Origin: an uncultured Eubacteriales bacterium
GTDB lineage: Bacteria > Acidobacteriota > Aminicenantia > Aminicenantales > Aminicenantaceae
Assembly: GCA_964410125.1 (NCBI GenBank)
Contig: CAYPGQ010000009.1
Span: 13,192-77,191 of the forward strand
Length of the DNA stretch: 64,000 nt
Direction: 5' to 3'
Positions 40,498-49,275 of the stretch are shown one piece after another (within the stretch, counting starts at the first letter, position 1; the number at the start of each line of letters is the position of its first letter). The notes under the pieces were generated by a model, which worked only from the letters and a program-made list of their open reading frames with translations, had not been told where the DNA came from and made no database searches. Position numbers and translations under genes: made by a program.

Positions 40498-43161
40498 TTA
40501 ATCCAAAGATGTCCAATCGAGTTCGTGTGTTTCCCTGCTGGCTATGATCTTTCGAAAAACCTCTTCAGGCCATTTGAGAACTCCGTCCACCATCAGCAGG
40601 TCATGTCGTATGTTGATCCCGAAAAGGCGTTCGTTTTCCTGAAGATAGGGAAGAATAGTATTCCAATCTTCTCGGCGGAAGGACAGGAACTCTGCGCCGT
40701 TCAGCTGATTTTCTGCGACGGTTTTGTAAGGATCGTTCAGGTAGCAAGCTCCTCCCGATGCCAGGGAAAACAGGTTGTTCCCGGGATATTTCATTTCTAA
40801 TCCAATTACTTCACCACGTGCGTCATAGGTCAAACCGTTGATGATCACGAATCCTCCACCCGTTTGTTCACCGGCCATAAAACTTTCCGCACAATAATCG
40901 AGGCAGGTGCCGTTGATGATGGCCCGGATACAGCCAACGGCATTGATCAGGGGGCGTCCTGCCGCAGATCCCATGATGAAGGCTTCTCCGCCTTTGGCAC
41001 CATACAGGAATGTCTGGCCCACGTTTCCGAATATCACGATTTTCCCTGACTTGAGGATCTGTCCCACCTGGTCTTGAGCATCGCCATGGACGTACATGTG
41101 GGTGCCATCCAAACCACTGCCAAGGTAATCACCACTGGAGCCGTAAACGTCGATACGAACATCACCGGTATTGGGACCCAATCCACAGCCGATAAACCTG
41201 TCACCCCGGCAGCGATAAACGATGAAATTCCTCCAACCTTTGGCATGGGTGATGGCAATGACTCTTGATACAGCTTCGGACCCATCATTGGGGAAATTTC
41301 CAGCGTCGATCACCATGGTATCCGTGGATTGGCCGGGTTCGGGAAGCGGGTTTTCCCAAGCGCTGCTTCCATCCAATCTTATCATTCCTGTCTTGTTTTT
41401 TTTCCCGGGTGAAGGTACAGAATCCAGGATATCCTGGATCGATTGTTCTATGGCAGCGATCTGAAATGTCCGTTGGCCATCCCCCGGATCCCAACGTCTG
41501 TCGCGGAGCAAGGTCAGCTTTCTAAGAGTTTTATTCATCCCGTTTTCTTTAACCAGCCCTTTGGCCACCTTCTTGAAATTTGCGTACCGATTCTGTCGAA
41601 GGTCCATCATCAATTCCCTCGCCATTGCTTGAGAGGGATCATGATGTATATGTGATGACCAATCGGGAACTTCCTTTTCCCGATCGGGCTGGCTTGATTC
41701 CTTTCCTTTGTTGTTTGTCCGGCGTTCGAGGTGAAGAGGTGGGGATTGCTTCTGTTTTACAGTTCCAGGAAATGATTTTCCGTTGACCTGGTTGCCGAAC
41801 TTATCCCGGACATCCAATGTTGTGGTCCCGTTTTCTTTTTTCAGAGTGTACACAAATGCCCCACCGTCTGTGCAGCTTCCTCCTCGGGCGGCCCAATACC
41901 GGTCTGCCAGAGGAGGCACGCTTGAATCCTGTGAGGCAATTTCCTCAAAAAAGGCGTCGAGGGCTTGTTTTTCACTGGCAATAGCCCCGTAGCTTTTTTC
42001 TCCTTCGTGTAAACAAAAAACTTGCGGCCTGAGCATGGATACATCGGTGATCCCGATAAGCTGCGGTGCACCCGTTCCGGGCTCGGCCCGGGCAACGATA
42101 AAAAACCACGGCCCGTCGGGAGAGCCATGCAGGTGGGCCGACTGGATTGCCCGGTAGATTCGCTGGCGAGACTTGGACAAACGTTCAAAATCACCCTCAG
42201 GTGTGGGTGCCAATGCCTCGATCACAAATTCCAGTGGATACCCGAGTACCCGGGAGTACAAATCAAAAAGCAGCACGGAGACCTCTGTATCGGTAATAAA
42301 CTGAGGGACAAGTCCCCACTGGCGCAGGTATTCACAGACAGCATGGTAATTGGCAAAATCTCCGTTATGAACAAGGGCTTCCTGCAGGCCGACAAACGGA
42401 TGCGCACCTCCGGGATGCCAAACACGTCCTCTGGTTGGGTACCGCTGGTGTCCGATCCAAAGATGCGCTCTGGTTTCTTCCAGGCGGTAATAACGTGCGA
42501 TCTCCTCGGCATACCCAACACCTTTCAGGATCATGAGGTCCCGGCCGTGTGACAGGACAAAAGCTCGCGGATCCTGCCGGTTCTCGTAAAACTCGGCATT
42601 CAGGCGGAAACTGTTCTGAAAAACAAATTCATCCTCTGCATCTGTAATGTCTGGGATCTGGTTTTTTTCTGCGAAGTGTTCCAACTGTTCTGGTTTGACC
42701 CGCACAAAATACCGCCACACAATAGGTGGTTTGACCGTCAATCCTGTTTCGCGATAATCGTCTATGCTTTTCTGTTCTTCAGCATAGGAAACAAAAAAAA
42801 CGGATTTTATGTACTTTTTTTCGACCGGCCCTCTTGCTTTTTCGTCGAGGAAAGAAATGTGCAGGGCATAAAAATCTTTGTACTCGTTGAACAATCCCAC
42901 TGCAGCCACACCGCCCCCTTTACCGTTTCCCCGGTTCCTCATCTGTTCACACGGGCGGATGATGCAATCGCCTTTGAGTTTTTCACTTCCGATAAGACCT
43001 ATAACTCCGCATCCTCCTTCCAGTGATCGCTTTTTTGTGAATGTTCTACCTGCGATATTGTTCAAACGGGATCGTGCGATTGCCTCTGCGATTTCTGCTG
43101 CGTTATCTCTTATTATCAAGTCTGATTCACCTATTCGGGTTGATAATCCAAAAGGTCCCAC
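40498..43161 (-). CDS. Glutamate-synthase-related fusion protein: class-II (Ntn) glutamine amidotransferase domain + long linker + GXGXG (GltB C-terminal) domain
   Basis: A nucleophile Cys follows a propeptide (SLEGGCGVIGLIG). The GATase_2 blocks are HQRYPTRG and HNGDFANY. The C-terminus has the GXGXG repeats (YGSSGDYLGSGLDG, VHGDAQDQVGQ, FGNVGQTFLYGAKGG). The start is either GTG 43161 or TTG 43119, the latter behind AGGTGA and 11 nt after the upstream stop. Confidence 0.8.
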   Translation of the reverse strand: MGPFGLSTRIGESDLIIRDNAAEIAEAIARSRLNNIAGRTFTKKRSLEGGCGVIGLIGSEKLKGDCIIRPCEQMRNRGNGKGGGVAAVGLFNEYKDFYALHISFLDEKARGPVEKKYIKSVFFVSYAEEQKSIDDYRETGLTVKPPIVWRYFVRVKPEQLEHFAEKNQIPDITDAEDEFVFQNSFRLNAEFYENRQDPRAFVLSHGRDLMILKGVGYAEEIARYYRLEETRAHLWIGHQRYPTRGRVWHPGGAHPFVGLQEALVHNGDFANYHAVCEYLRQWGLVPQFITDTEVSVLLFDLYSRVLGYPLEFVIEALAPTPEGDFERLSKSRQRIYRAIQSAHLHGSPDGPWFFIVARAEPGTGAPQLIGITDVSMLRPQVFCLHEGEKSYGAIASEKQALDAFFEEIASQDSSVPPLADRYWAARGGSCTDGGAFVYTLKKENGTTTLDVRDKFGNQVNGKSFPGTVKQKQSPPLHLERRTNNKGKESSQPDREKEVPDWSSHIHHDPSQAMARELMMDLRQNRYANFKKVAKGLVKENGMNKTLRKLTLLRDRRWDPGDGQRTFQIAAIEQSIQDILDSVPSPGKKNKTGMIRLDGSSAWENPLPEPGQSTDTMVIDAGNFPNDGSEAVSRVIAITHAKGWRNFIVYRCRGDRFIGCGLGPNTGDVRIDVYGSSGDYLGSGLDGTHMYVHGDAQDQVGQILKSGKIVIFGNVGQTFLYGAKGGEAFIMGSAAGRPLINAVGCIRAIINGTCLDYCAESFMAGEQTGGGFVIINGLTYDARGEVIGLEMKYPGNNLFSLASGGACYLNDPYKTVAENQLNGAEFLSFRREDWNTILPYLQENERLFGINIRHDLLMVDGVLKWPEEVFRKIIASRETHELDWTSLD

Positions 43162-46031
43162 CGCCCCCGCAATTGATCGATATTGGTCATGCCCAGGCTG
43201 CGAAGGCGCTGTTCCATATCAACGGCAAAACTCTTATACAAGTTGCAGATCCTGCCGCATACCCATTCGGCGGTCATTTGTGGTGCCAGCTCAGGGTCGG
43301 TTGTAGCAATGCCGATCGGGCAGCCCCTCTCCCGTTCGCAGTTTCCGCACCGGACGCAGTCGATCGCCACCAATTCAGCAGTGCCGATGACCACTCCGTC
43401 TGCGCCCAAGGCTATCATCTTGAGTATGTCTTCACTGGTGCGGATGCCTCCGCTTGCGATGAGCACCACTTCATCCCGAATCCCTTCTTTGACCAAAAAC
43501 TCATGTGTTTGAGATGTGGCGTATTCGATCGGCATGGCAATGTTTTTTTTGGCTATATCGGGAGCTGCGCCCGTGCCTCCGTATGCTCCATCAAGATGGA
43601 TGACATTGGCACCGGCATAGTAGCTCCCCACGGCGACCATATCTACATCCACCGGTGTGGAGACCTTGACCGAAACAAGCACATCGGGGTGTATGGAACG
43701 GATCCAATCCACATGCTTTTTGTGGTCTTCCACCGAATACACGCTGTGGAACGGGAACGGTGAAAACAGGTTCGTGTACGGAACAGCCTCGCGCATCGAT
43801 GCCACTTCCGGCGTGTTTTTTTCACCCAACAGGTGACCTCCCAGGCCTGGTTTTGCGCCCTGAGCATATTTGAACTCGATTATCGGGGCACGCTGGATAG
43901 TCTCTTCCCGTACACCGAATAGTCCTGTGGCAACCTGCGTGATAATGGAATCCGAATAAGGAACGAGCTCGTCCGGATAGCCGCCTTCCCCCGTGCAGGT
44001 CAAAGACCCGATTTTTTTAGCTGCCATGGCGCGACCCAACATGACCTGCAAAGAAATGGACCCGTAGGACATGCCTCCTCCGTAAATCGGGAGAGAGATT
44101 TTTTTCTTTGGGCCTGTTTTGCGTCTGTTAAGCGGAAGAGAGAGCGCGACCGGTCCTTGTACCGGAGCTATCCCGGGGACTGATAGAGCGAGTCGCATCC
44201 TGTCCAATCCGCCTCCTGATGATCCGATCTGTTCCTCTGGCTTCAACTTTGAGGGAGATCCGTCCCATGACAATCGGTAAGTTTCGCGCAGCAAATCCGG
44301 CGTCCAACGGGGGTCACCCAGGACCGTGTCGACCGAATCCTTCACGATTTCCAGGGCCTCCCAGGGGCAAACATTCACACAACACCATTCATTTTCTTTG
44401 CATGAAGGCCCGATGCACCGACTGTGGATCGGCTCGTCCAGGGCTCGTTTGCCGTCCGTTCGACGGTGCACATCGTATTCACATTTCACCACGCATATGT
44501 TGCAGTTTGTGCATCGTGTACGGTCCACGAGGACACGCCATCCTCCGTGTTTGATCCCGAACCGGTCTGGAACCGATTTGGCTTTTATGTGAGGCAAGGG
44601 ACCATCCAAGTTTTTATTGGTACCCTCAGGAGTGGTCTTGGAAACGTTTCCGGGCATGTTTTTAAGTCTTTCAGAGAAATTTTTTCGCTCCGTATCCGCG
44701 AAAATCGCGCGACCGGTTTCCCCTCGCAACCGCCGTACGTCCCGAAGTCCCATGGCTCCCAGTACTTCCAACAGCTGGTCTCTCCAAGAAAGCATCAGAT
44801 TGATAACTCGGGAAGCTCCCCATCGAGGATCGAGCTCCTCGATCCCTTTCGGATACAATGTTGGGCTCCCTTTTTCATCCGGCATCCATTTTGTCACATC
44901 CATGGCTATCAAGAGCGGGATGTCCACCACGACAGCATCAGCCCCCATGATGATGGTTTTGGGCACATGTTCGGCAGCAGCGATTCCTCCTGAGGCTACC
45001 AAGGTGATCCTGTCCCGCAGACCTTTCTCCACAAGCAAGGTGTGGGTGGTATGAAGGGATTCCAACAGGGTAACACCGTCGCTGCCTCTCCCATGAATGT
45101 CGGCGCTCAAATGCACGGTTTCGGCTCCGTTGCGGGCCAGTTCAAGAATTTGTCGTTCCGCACTATCAGAAACAGGCACGTGAATAACGGTAAGCACATT
45201 GGGATTGATCTCTCTCGCGTGGACAATGGCAGCTACCGGATCCTTATCTGGATCGAACTCGACGATCGTGGCCCATTCTATAATGTCCCTGTATTGATCT
45301 ATTTCATTCGGGTTTAACCGGATCAACAGATGGCTGTAATATTCCTTCAACTCTTGGGTAGTGTTTTTTGCCGGGATACTCAGATAGGTCTTCAGTTTGC
45401 TCGCTGCCAATGCAAGGGAAGAAAGGGCTGTGTGCCCGGGAAAAAACGGCATAAGACCGAATATAACCGGGACCGGGATTTCTCGGTTAAGCGGAATATG
45501 GGATTTCAGGTTGCCTTTTTTATCGAACACCATCCCGCACAAGTCACTGGCCATCCGCCCAAGAGCGACAGTCGTAGAAATGTGTTCCCTGCCATGGATT
45601 CCGTCACGTGTGGGCCGCACAATTTCAGACATGTCTGTCCAGATATTGTCGTAATAATCGCCGTCGAAAGGTCCTCTATAACCGGCTCCGCTGACAGGAA
45701 TTTTCCCTTGTTCTGCCTGTTCCAAAATGGAATGGATGTGGTCAGGTGTGTATGTTTCATCTCCCAACCCGAGATATTTCTCGTTTTTTTGCATGCTTAG
45801 GGCATCTCTGGGACAACTTTTGATGCAGGCGAAACAGTTCCGGCAGCCGTATTCCTTCGGGTCGGCCATTATCCGGGGATCATCTTCTGATCGGTAATGA
45901 CAGTCGTAGATACAGGCCTCTATGCAGGTCCCGCAGTTGATGCAGCGATCGCTGCGGAGGATCTGGTAAGGGGTGATGATGGGATAACGCGAAGGAGTCG
46001 GTCGCGGGGAGAGGCGTTTAAGGTGAGTCAT
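43131..46031 (-). CDS. Glutamate-synthase FMN-domain protein with two tandem [ferredoxin + GltS-type TIM-barrel] modules
   Basis: Module 2 has the full GltS set (PIYGGGMSYGS, TGEGG, QGAKPGLGGHL, HLDGAYGGTGAAP, ASGGIRT...ALGADGV, CVRCGNCERERGCPIGIATTD). Module 1 has its own 2x Cys clusters and ASGGIAA...MGADAVVV, but lacks the GEGG and KPGxGG blocks. The ATG at 46031 overlaps the upstream stop (ATGA). Confidence 0.8.
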   Translation of the reverse strand: MTHLKRLSPRPTPSRYPIITPYQILRSDRCINCGTCIEACIYDCHYRSEDDPRIMADPKEYGCRNCFACIKSCPRDALSMQKNEKYLGLGDETYTPDHIHSILEQAEQGKIPVSGAGYRGPFDGDYYDNIWTDMSEIVRPTRDGIHGREHISTTVALGRMASDLCGMVFDKKGNLKSHIPLNREIPVPVIFGLMPFFPGHTALSSLALAASKLKTYLSIPAKNTTQELKEYYSHLLIRLNPNEIDQYRDIIEWATIVEFDPDKDPVAAIVHAREINPNVLTVIHVPVSDSAERQILELARNGAETVHLSADIHGRGSDGVTLLESLHTTHTLLVEKGLRDRITLVASGGIAAAEHVPKTIIMGADAVVVDIPLLIAMDVTKWMPDEKGSPTLYPKGIEELDPRWGASRVINLMLSWRDQLLEVLGAMGLRDVRRLRGETGRAIFADTERKNFSERLKNMPGNVSKTTPEGTNKNLDGPLPHIKAKSVPDRFGIKHGGWRVLVDRTRCTNCNICVVKCEYDVHRRTDGKRALDEPIHSRCIGPSCKENEWCCVNVCPWEALEIVKDSVDTVLGDPRWTPDLLRETYRLSWDGSPSKLKPEEQIGSSGGGLDRMRLALSVPGIAPVQGPVALSLPLNRRKTGPKKKISLPIYGGGMSYGSISLQVMLGRAMAAKKIGSLTCTGEGGYPDELVPYSDSIITQVATGLFGVREETIQRAPIIEFKYAQGAKPGLGGHLLGEKNTPEVASMREAVPYTNLFSPFPFHSVYSVEDHKKHVDWIRSIHPDVLVSVKVSTPVDVDMVAVGSYYAGANVIHLDGAYGGTGAAPDIAKKNIAMPIEYATSQTHEFLVKEGIRDEVVLIASGGIRTSEDILKMIALGADGVVIGTAELVAIDCVRCGNCERERGCPIGIATTDPELAPQMTAEWVCGRICNLYKSFAVDMEQRLRSLGMTNIDQLRGRWDLLDYQPE

Positions 46032-48025
46032 CCCCTTCCTCCCTCCATGGGAGACCATTCCGGAAGATCCAATCCGAAAATGTCCTTGATGTACTCCCGG
46101 TTGCTGTCCAGTTTTTCGACAAATTCTTGTACGGTTTCAACAGGGGATCCGAACCGGTTTTCAATCCAATCCTCGAGGATAAGATAACAATCGCGCAAAG
46201 GCAAATGAGTTTGACAGACTTCCTCACACAATCCGCAGTGCAGGCATTGAAACAGGGAATGTGCCTCTGCCTGGTCCAATTCCTCTCCGTTCATCATGGC
46301 CTCGGCCAAACGCAGTTTGGTCCTGCCGGTAACCAACTCGTCTTTGGTGATGTGGTAGGCCGGGCAAACCGAAATACAGGATCCGCAGGACGTGCAGCGT
46401 TGCGCACTTTGGTGCAGAAGGCTTCTTCCCTGTTCCTCTTCTTTTTCAGGAACTTCCCAGCCGTCAGACTGCTTCGGCCCTAAAAGCCTGGCAGTAAGTC
46501 CCAATACCGGTGCAAAAAAATAGGAAATGGCCATAATCATGCGGAAGGAAAGAGGACGCATGAAAAGTGCAGGGATGCTGAAAAACCGTCCCTTGATCTT
46601 GAAAAATTTATGGGGATTCAGCGTTTCGCCGGGATCTATGTCCTGTTTTTTTCTGTTTAGTTCGTCCAACCGGTCTTTCTTGAATTTGCTCCCTACAAAA
46701 GGCGTGTTCCATATGCCCACTCCGTACGGGTGGCCTTTGCTGCGCACGGCCATCCTGACCAAGAGCTGGATAAACAATAAGCATAAAACATAATGAAGTT
46801 TTCGGGAATAATCACAGCTGAAAGACAGGATGACCAGATAGGAGTAATGTTTTTTATCGCGGCAGACGATTACCTCGATCGTGGGTTTTATGTTGAAATG
46901 CCGCGCCAACTTCCTGGCTTTCCGAATATATCGGGGTATCTTTTCTCCGGGGATCACCACCTCTGTTCCTAGAAGCCCAGGGCTAATCCGTTGAGCTTTG
47001 AGCGGAAAATAGCGGTCAGACCAGAGGTAGCGGGCGGCCAACCGGTATTCCTGGATCTGATCCAAATTCCCATTCAATGAAGATAGGAATTTTTGCTCGT
47101 TTTCCCGAGTCTCGAAATGAAGAAGGACCGTATCATCCTCAGGAACGATGGGGTCCGTTATGCCGGTATGTTCTGTGAAAAGGATGTCTTCCTTTTTCAT
47201 GTATTCTCTGTCAAAATACACAACATGAGAGGGATGATTATCTCGGCCAGCAAGTTGTTCCACAAATTTAAATGCCTGTTCAGGCGTTTTGAAAGTCAAC
47301 AGACAGACTCCGCTGTAATGCGGTTTCGGGCGGACGCGTAATGTGACTTCCGTCAGGATGCCGAATTGCCCTTCGGTCCCGAAAAGATCTTTTATGGATT
47401 TGCTCGTGGAGTCCAGTTCCTGAATGGATCCATCTGGACGGGCAACACGAACTCTCAGTACGGATTCGCTGACATGGCCATAAGCATAGCTGTCCAATCC
47501 CATTCCCCCGGTGGCAATCCATCCGCCAACCGTGGAAAACCTGCTCGTCGGTGTTGTCACAGAAATCAAACCATAAGGCTCAAGTTTTGTCGCCACATCT
47601 GCCCACCGGGTTCCCGGTTGCACACGAACGGATAAGCTTTCGGGATTGACCTCAATAACAGCCATCATAGGGGAAAGGTCCATCACGATCCCTCTCCGAG
47701 TAGGAACAGCGCCTCCAAAGGCGAAAGAGCCTGTTCCCCGGGGAAATAATGCAAGACCTCGAGATTTACAGAAAGTCATGATTTTTGCAATATCATGCTC
47801 ATTCTCAGGCTGTACGACCAATAGAGGTGTCGTGCGTATGAGTGTTTTTTCTATCAGAGGCGGAACACGAGCCAGATCTTTGCTGTAATTTTTCCGCTCA
47901 AAAAAGTTTAGAACCACTCGACAGGATTCTCCCACATGGGATTTGAGATCTTGTGCCAGCATATCGATTTGATTCTTTCGCAAAGGGGTGTCACGGTCTA
48001 TCAGATGCCGCCATAACTGTCTCAT
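46028..48025 (-). CDS. FAD-linked oxidase (GlcD/D-lactate dehydrogenase-like) fused to a 2x[4Fe-4S] ferredoxin-type domain
   Basis: It has a PCMH-type FAD-binding domain (LFPRGTGSFAFGGAV...GGWIATGGMG) and an FAD-oxidase C-like middle part. A hydrophobic segment follows, then CTSCGSCISVCPAY and CLHCGLCEEVCQTHLP. Confidence 0.75.
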   Translation of the reverse strand: MRQLWRHLIDRDTPLRKNQIDMLAQDLKSHVGESCRVVLNFFERKNYSKDLARVPPLIEKTLIRTTPLLVVQPENEHDIAKIMTFCKSRGLALFPRGTGSFAFGGAVPTRRGIVMDLSPMMAVIEVNPESLSVRVQPGTRWADVATKLEPYGLISVTTPTSRFSTVGGWIATGGMGLDSYAYGHVSESVLRVRVARPDGSIQELDSTSKSIKDLFGTEGQFGILTEVTLRVRPKPHYSGVCLLTFKTPEQAFKFVEQLAGRDNHPSHVVYFDREYMKKEDILFTEHTGITDPIVPEDDTVLLHFETRENEQKFLSSLNGNLDQIQEYRLAARYLWSDRYFPLKAQRISPGLLGTEVVIPGEKIPRYIRKARKLARHFNIKPTIEVIVCRDKKHYSYLVILSFSCDYSRKLHYVLCLLFIQLLVRMAVRSKGHPYGVGIWNTPFVGSKFKKDRLDELNRKKQDIDPGETLNPHKFFKIKGRFFSIPALFMRPLSFRMIMAISYFFAPVLGLTARLLGPKQSDGWEVPEKEEEQGRSLLHQSAQRCTSCGSCISVCPAYHITKDELVTGRTKLRLAEAMMNGEELDQAEAHSLFQCLHCGLCEEVCQTHLPLRDCYLILEDWIENRFGSPVETVQEFVEKLDSNREYIKDIFGLDLPEWSPMEGGRG

Positions 48026-48258
48026 TCGAAATGTTTTTTTCCTATATCAAGTCTAAAATATGTTTAATTGTCCTTAAATATATAATAGAATATTTCATAT
48101 GTCAACAAAAACATAAAAAAAATATATAAAAGAATTGAATTAATAGACAATATAAAACGTTTGTTACTTTTTGTGATTTGTTCTATTTCCCATTAGATTT
48201 TTGGTGTATGAATGAACTCCAACGCTATAAAATCATTTGATATTTAATGTTCGTTCCT

Positions 48259-48281
48259 TTAACCTGAATAATCCAGGTTAA
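48259..48281. promoter_or_regulatory. 17-nt core motif TGAATAATCCAGGTTAA embedded in the perfect palindrome TTAACCTG-N7-CAGGTTAA
   Basis: Read directly. It lies 58 nt upstream of the SDR start codon, in the AT-rich divergent region between the glutamate-synthase-like operon and the SDR gene. Confidence 0.5.
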
Positions 48282-48339
48282 AAAGGACTTAGGAATAAAT
48301 TGTGAAGCGAAAGAATGATTATGTGAAAAGGAGAATTTG

Positions 48340-49275
48340 ATGTCACAGAAGAAATGGGACAGCAACGACATACCTGACCAGAAAGGAAAAGTGGCCATCG
48401 TGACGGGTTCCAGCAGCGGTATCGGTTACGAAACGGCTCGTGTGCTTGCTAACAAAAATGCCGAGGTGATTATGGCAGTGCGTAATCTGCAAAAGGGGAA
48501 TGCAGCCCTAGATAAAATTAAAGCTGGTTACCAAGATGCAGATGTAAAGGTTATGGAGTTGGACTTAGCCAGCCTGGAATCGCTACGTAGATTTGCCGAG
48601 GATTTTAAGAAGACTTTTTCTCGACTGGATCTATTGATCAATAATGCTGGAGTCATGATGCCGCCATATTCCAAAACGGCCGATGGATTCGAACTCCAAT
48701 TCGGAACGAATCATTTGGGTCACTTTGCCTTGACCGGTCTCTTGATGGATCTGATTATAAACACAGAGAACTCACGTGTTGTCAATGTGAGCAGCACGAG
48801 CCACAAAAGCGGAAAAATTGATTTCAATGATCTCGATTGGGAAAAACGCACATATAAAAAGATGCGGGCCTACGGCGATAGTAAAATCGCTAACATCTAT
48901 TTTACCTTTGAGCTGCAGAGAAAGTTAGAGAGAGCGGGATCGAATACGAGCGCTGTCGCCTCACATCCAGGTTGGACAAGAACTGAACTCCAACGGCATG
49001 TTGGCTTTATTCATTTTCTGAATCGCTTTTTATCCCAGGGGATTGATATAGGGGCGCTGCCGACCCTTTATGCGGCAATTGCTCCAGATGTTAAGGGCGG
49101 TGATTATTATGGTCCTGCAGGCTGGCAAGAGATGAGGGGGTATCCGAAAAAAGTTGGATCCAATAAATTGTCTCAGGATAAAGATATAGCACAAAAACTT
49201 TGGAGAGTATCTAAAAAACTCACAGGGATCGAATATGAGTCACTCATAGCGGAGAGACTTGACCTGGTCAGCTGA
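48340..49275 (+). CDS. Short-chain dehydrogenase/reductase (classical SDR)
   Basis: The motifs are TGSSSGIGYETA (TGxxxGxG), NNAG and YGDSK (YxxxK). The ATG at 48340 lies behind GGAGAA. The 3' end overlaps the convergent permease gene by 36 nt. Confidence 0.9.
   Translation: MSQKKWDSNDIPDQKGKVAIVTGSSSGIGYETARVLANKNAEVIMAVRNLQKGNAALDKIKAGYQDADVKVMELDLASLESLRRFAEDFKKTFSRLDLLINNAGVMMPPYSKTADGFELQFGTNHLGHFALTGLLMDLIINTENSRVVNVSSTSHKSGKIDFNDLDWEKRTYKKMRAYGDSKIANIYFTFELQRKLERAGSNTSAVASHPGWTRTELQRHVGFIHFLNRFLSQGIDIGALPTLYAAIAPDVKGGDYYGPAGWQEMRGYPKKVGSNKLSQDKDIAQKLWRVSKKLTGIEYESLIAERLDLVS

Noticed and set aside
48259-48281. I considered whether the GGTTAA-containing motif and the imperfect palindromes could be integron attC sites (core GTTRRRY).
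   Set aside because: Only some copies fit GTTRRRY. There is no intI gene, and the flanking genes are in mixed orientations with their own Shine-Dalgarno sequences and promoter space. The layout is not a cassette array.
48026-48336. The AT-rich 311-nt divergent region was examined for sigma-54 (TGGCAC-N5-TTGC) or NtrC-type sites upstream of the glutamate-synthase-like operon.
   Set aside because: I saw no -24/-12 match on either strand. Only generic AT-rich sequence and the 17-nt motif are present.
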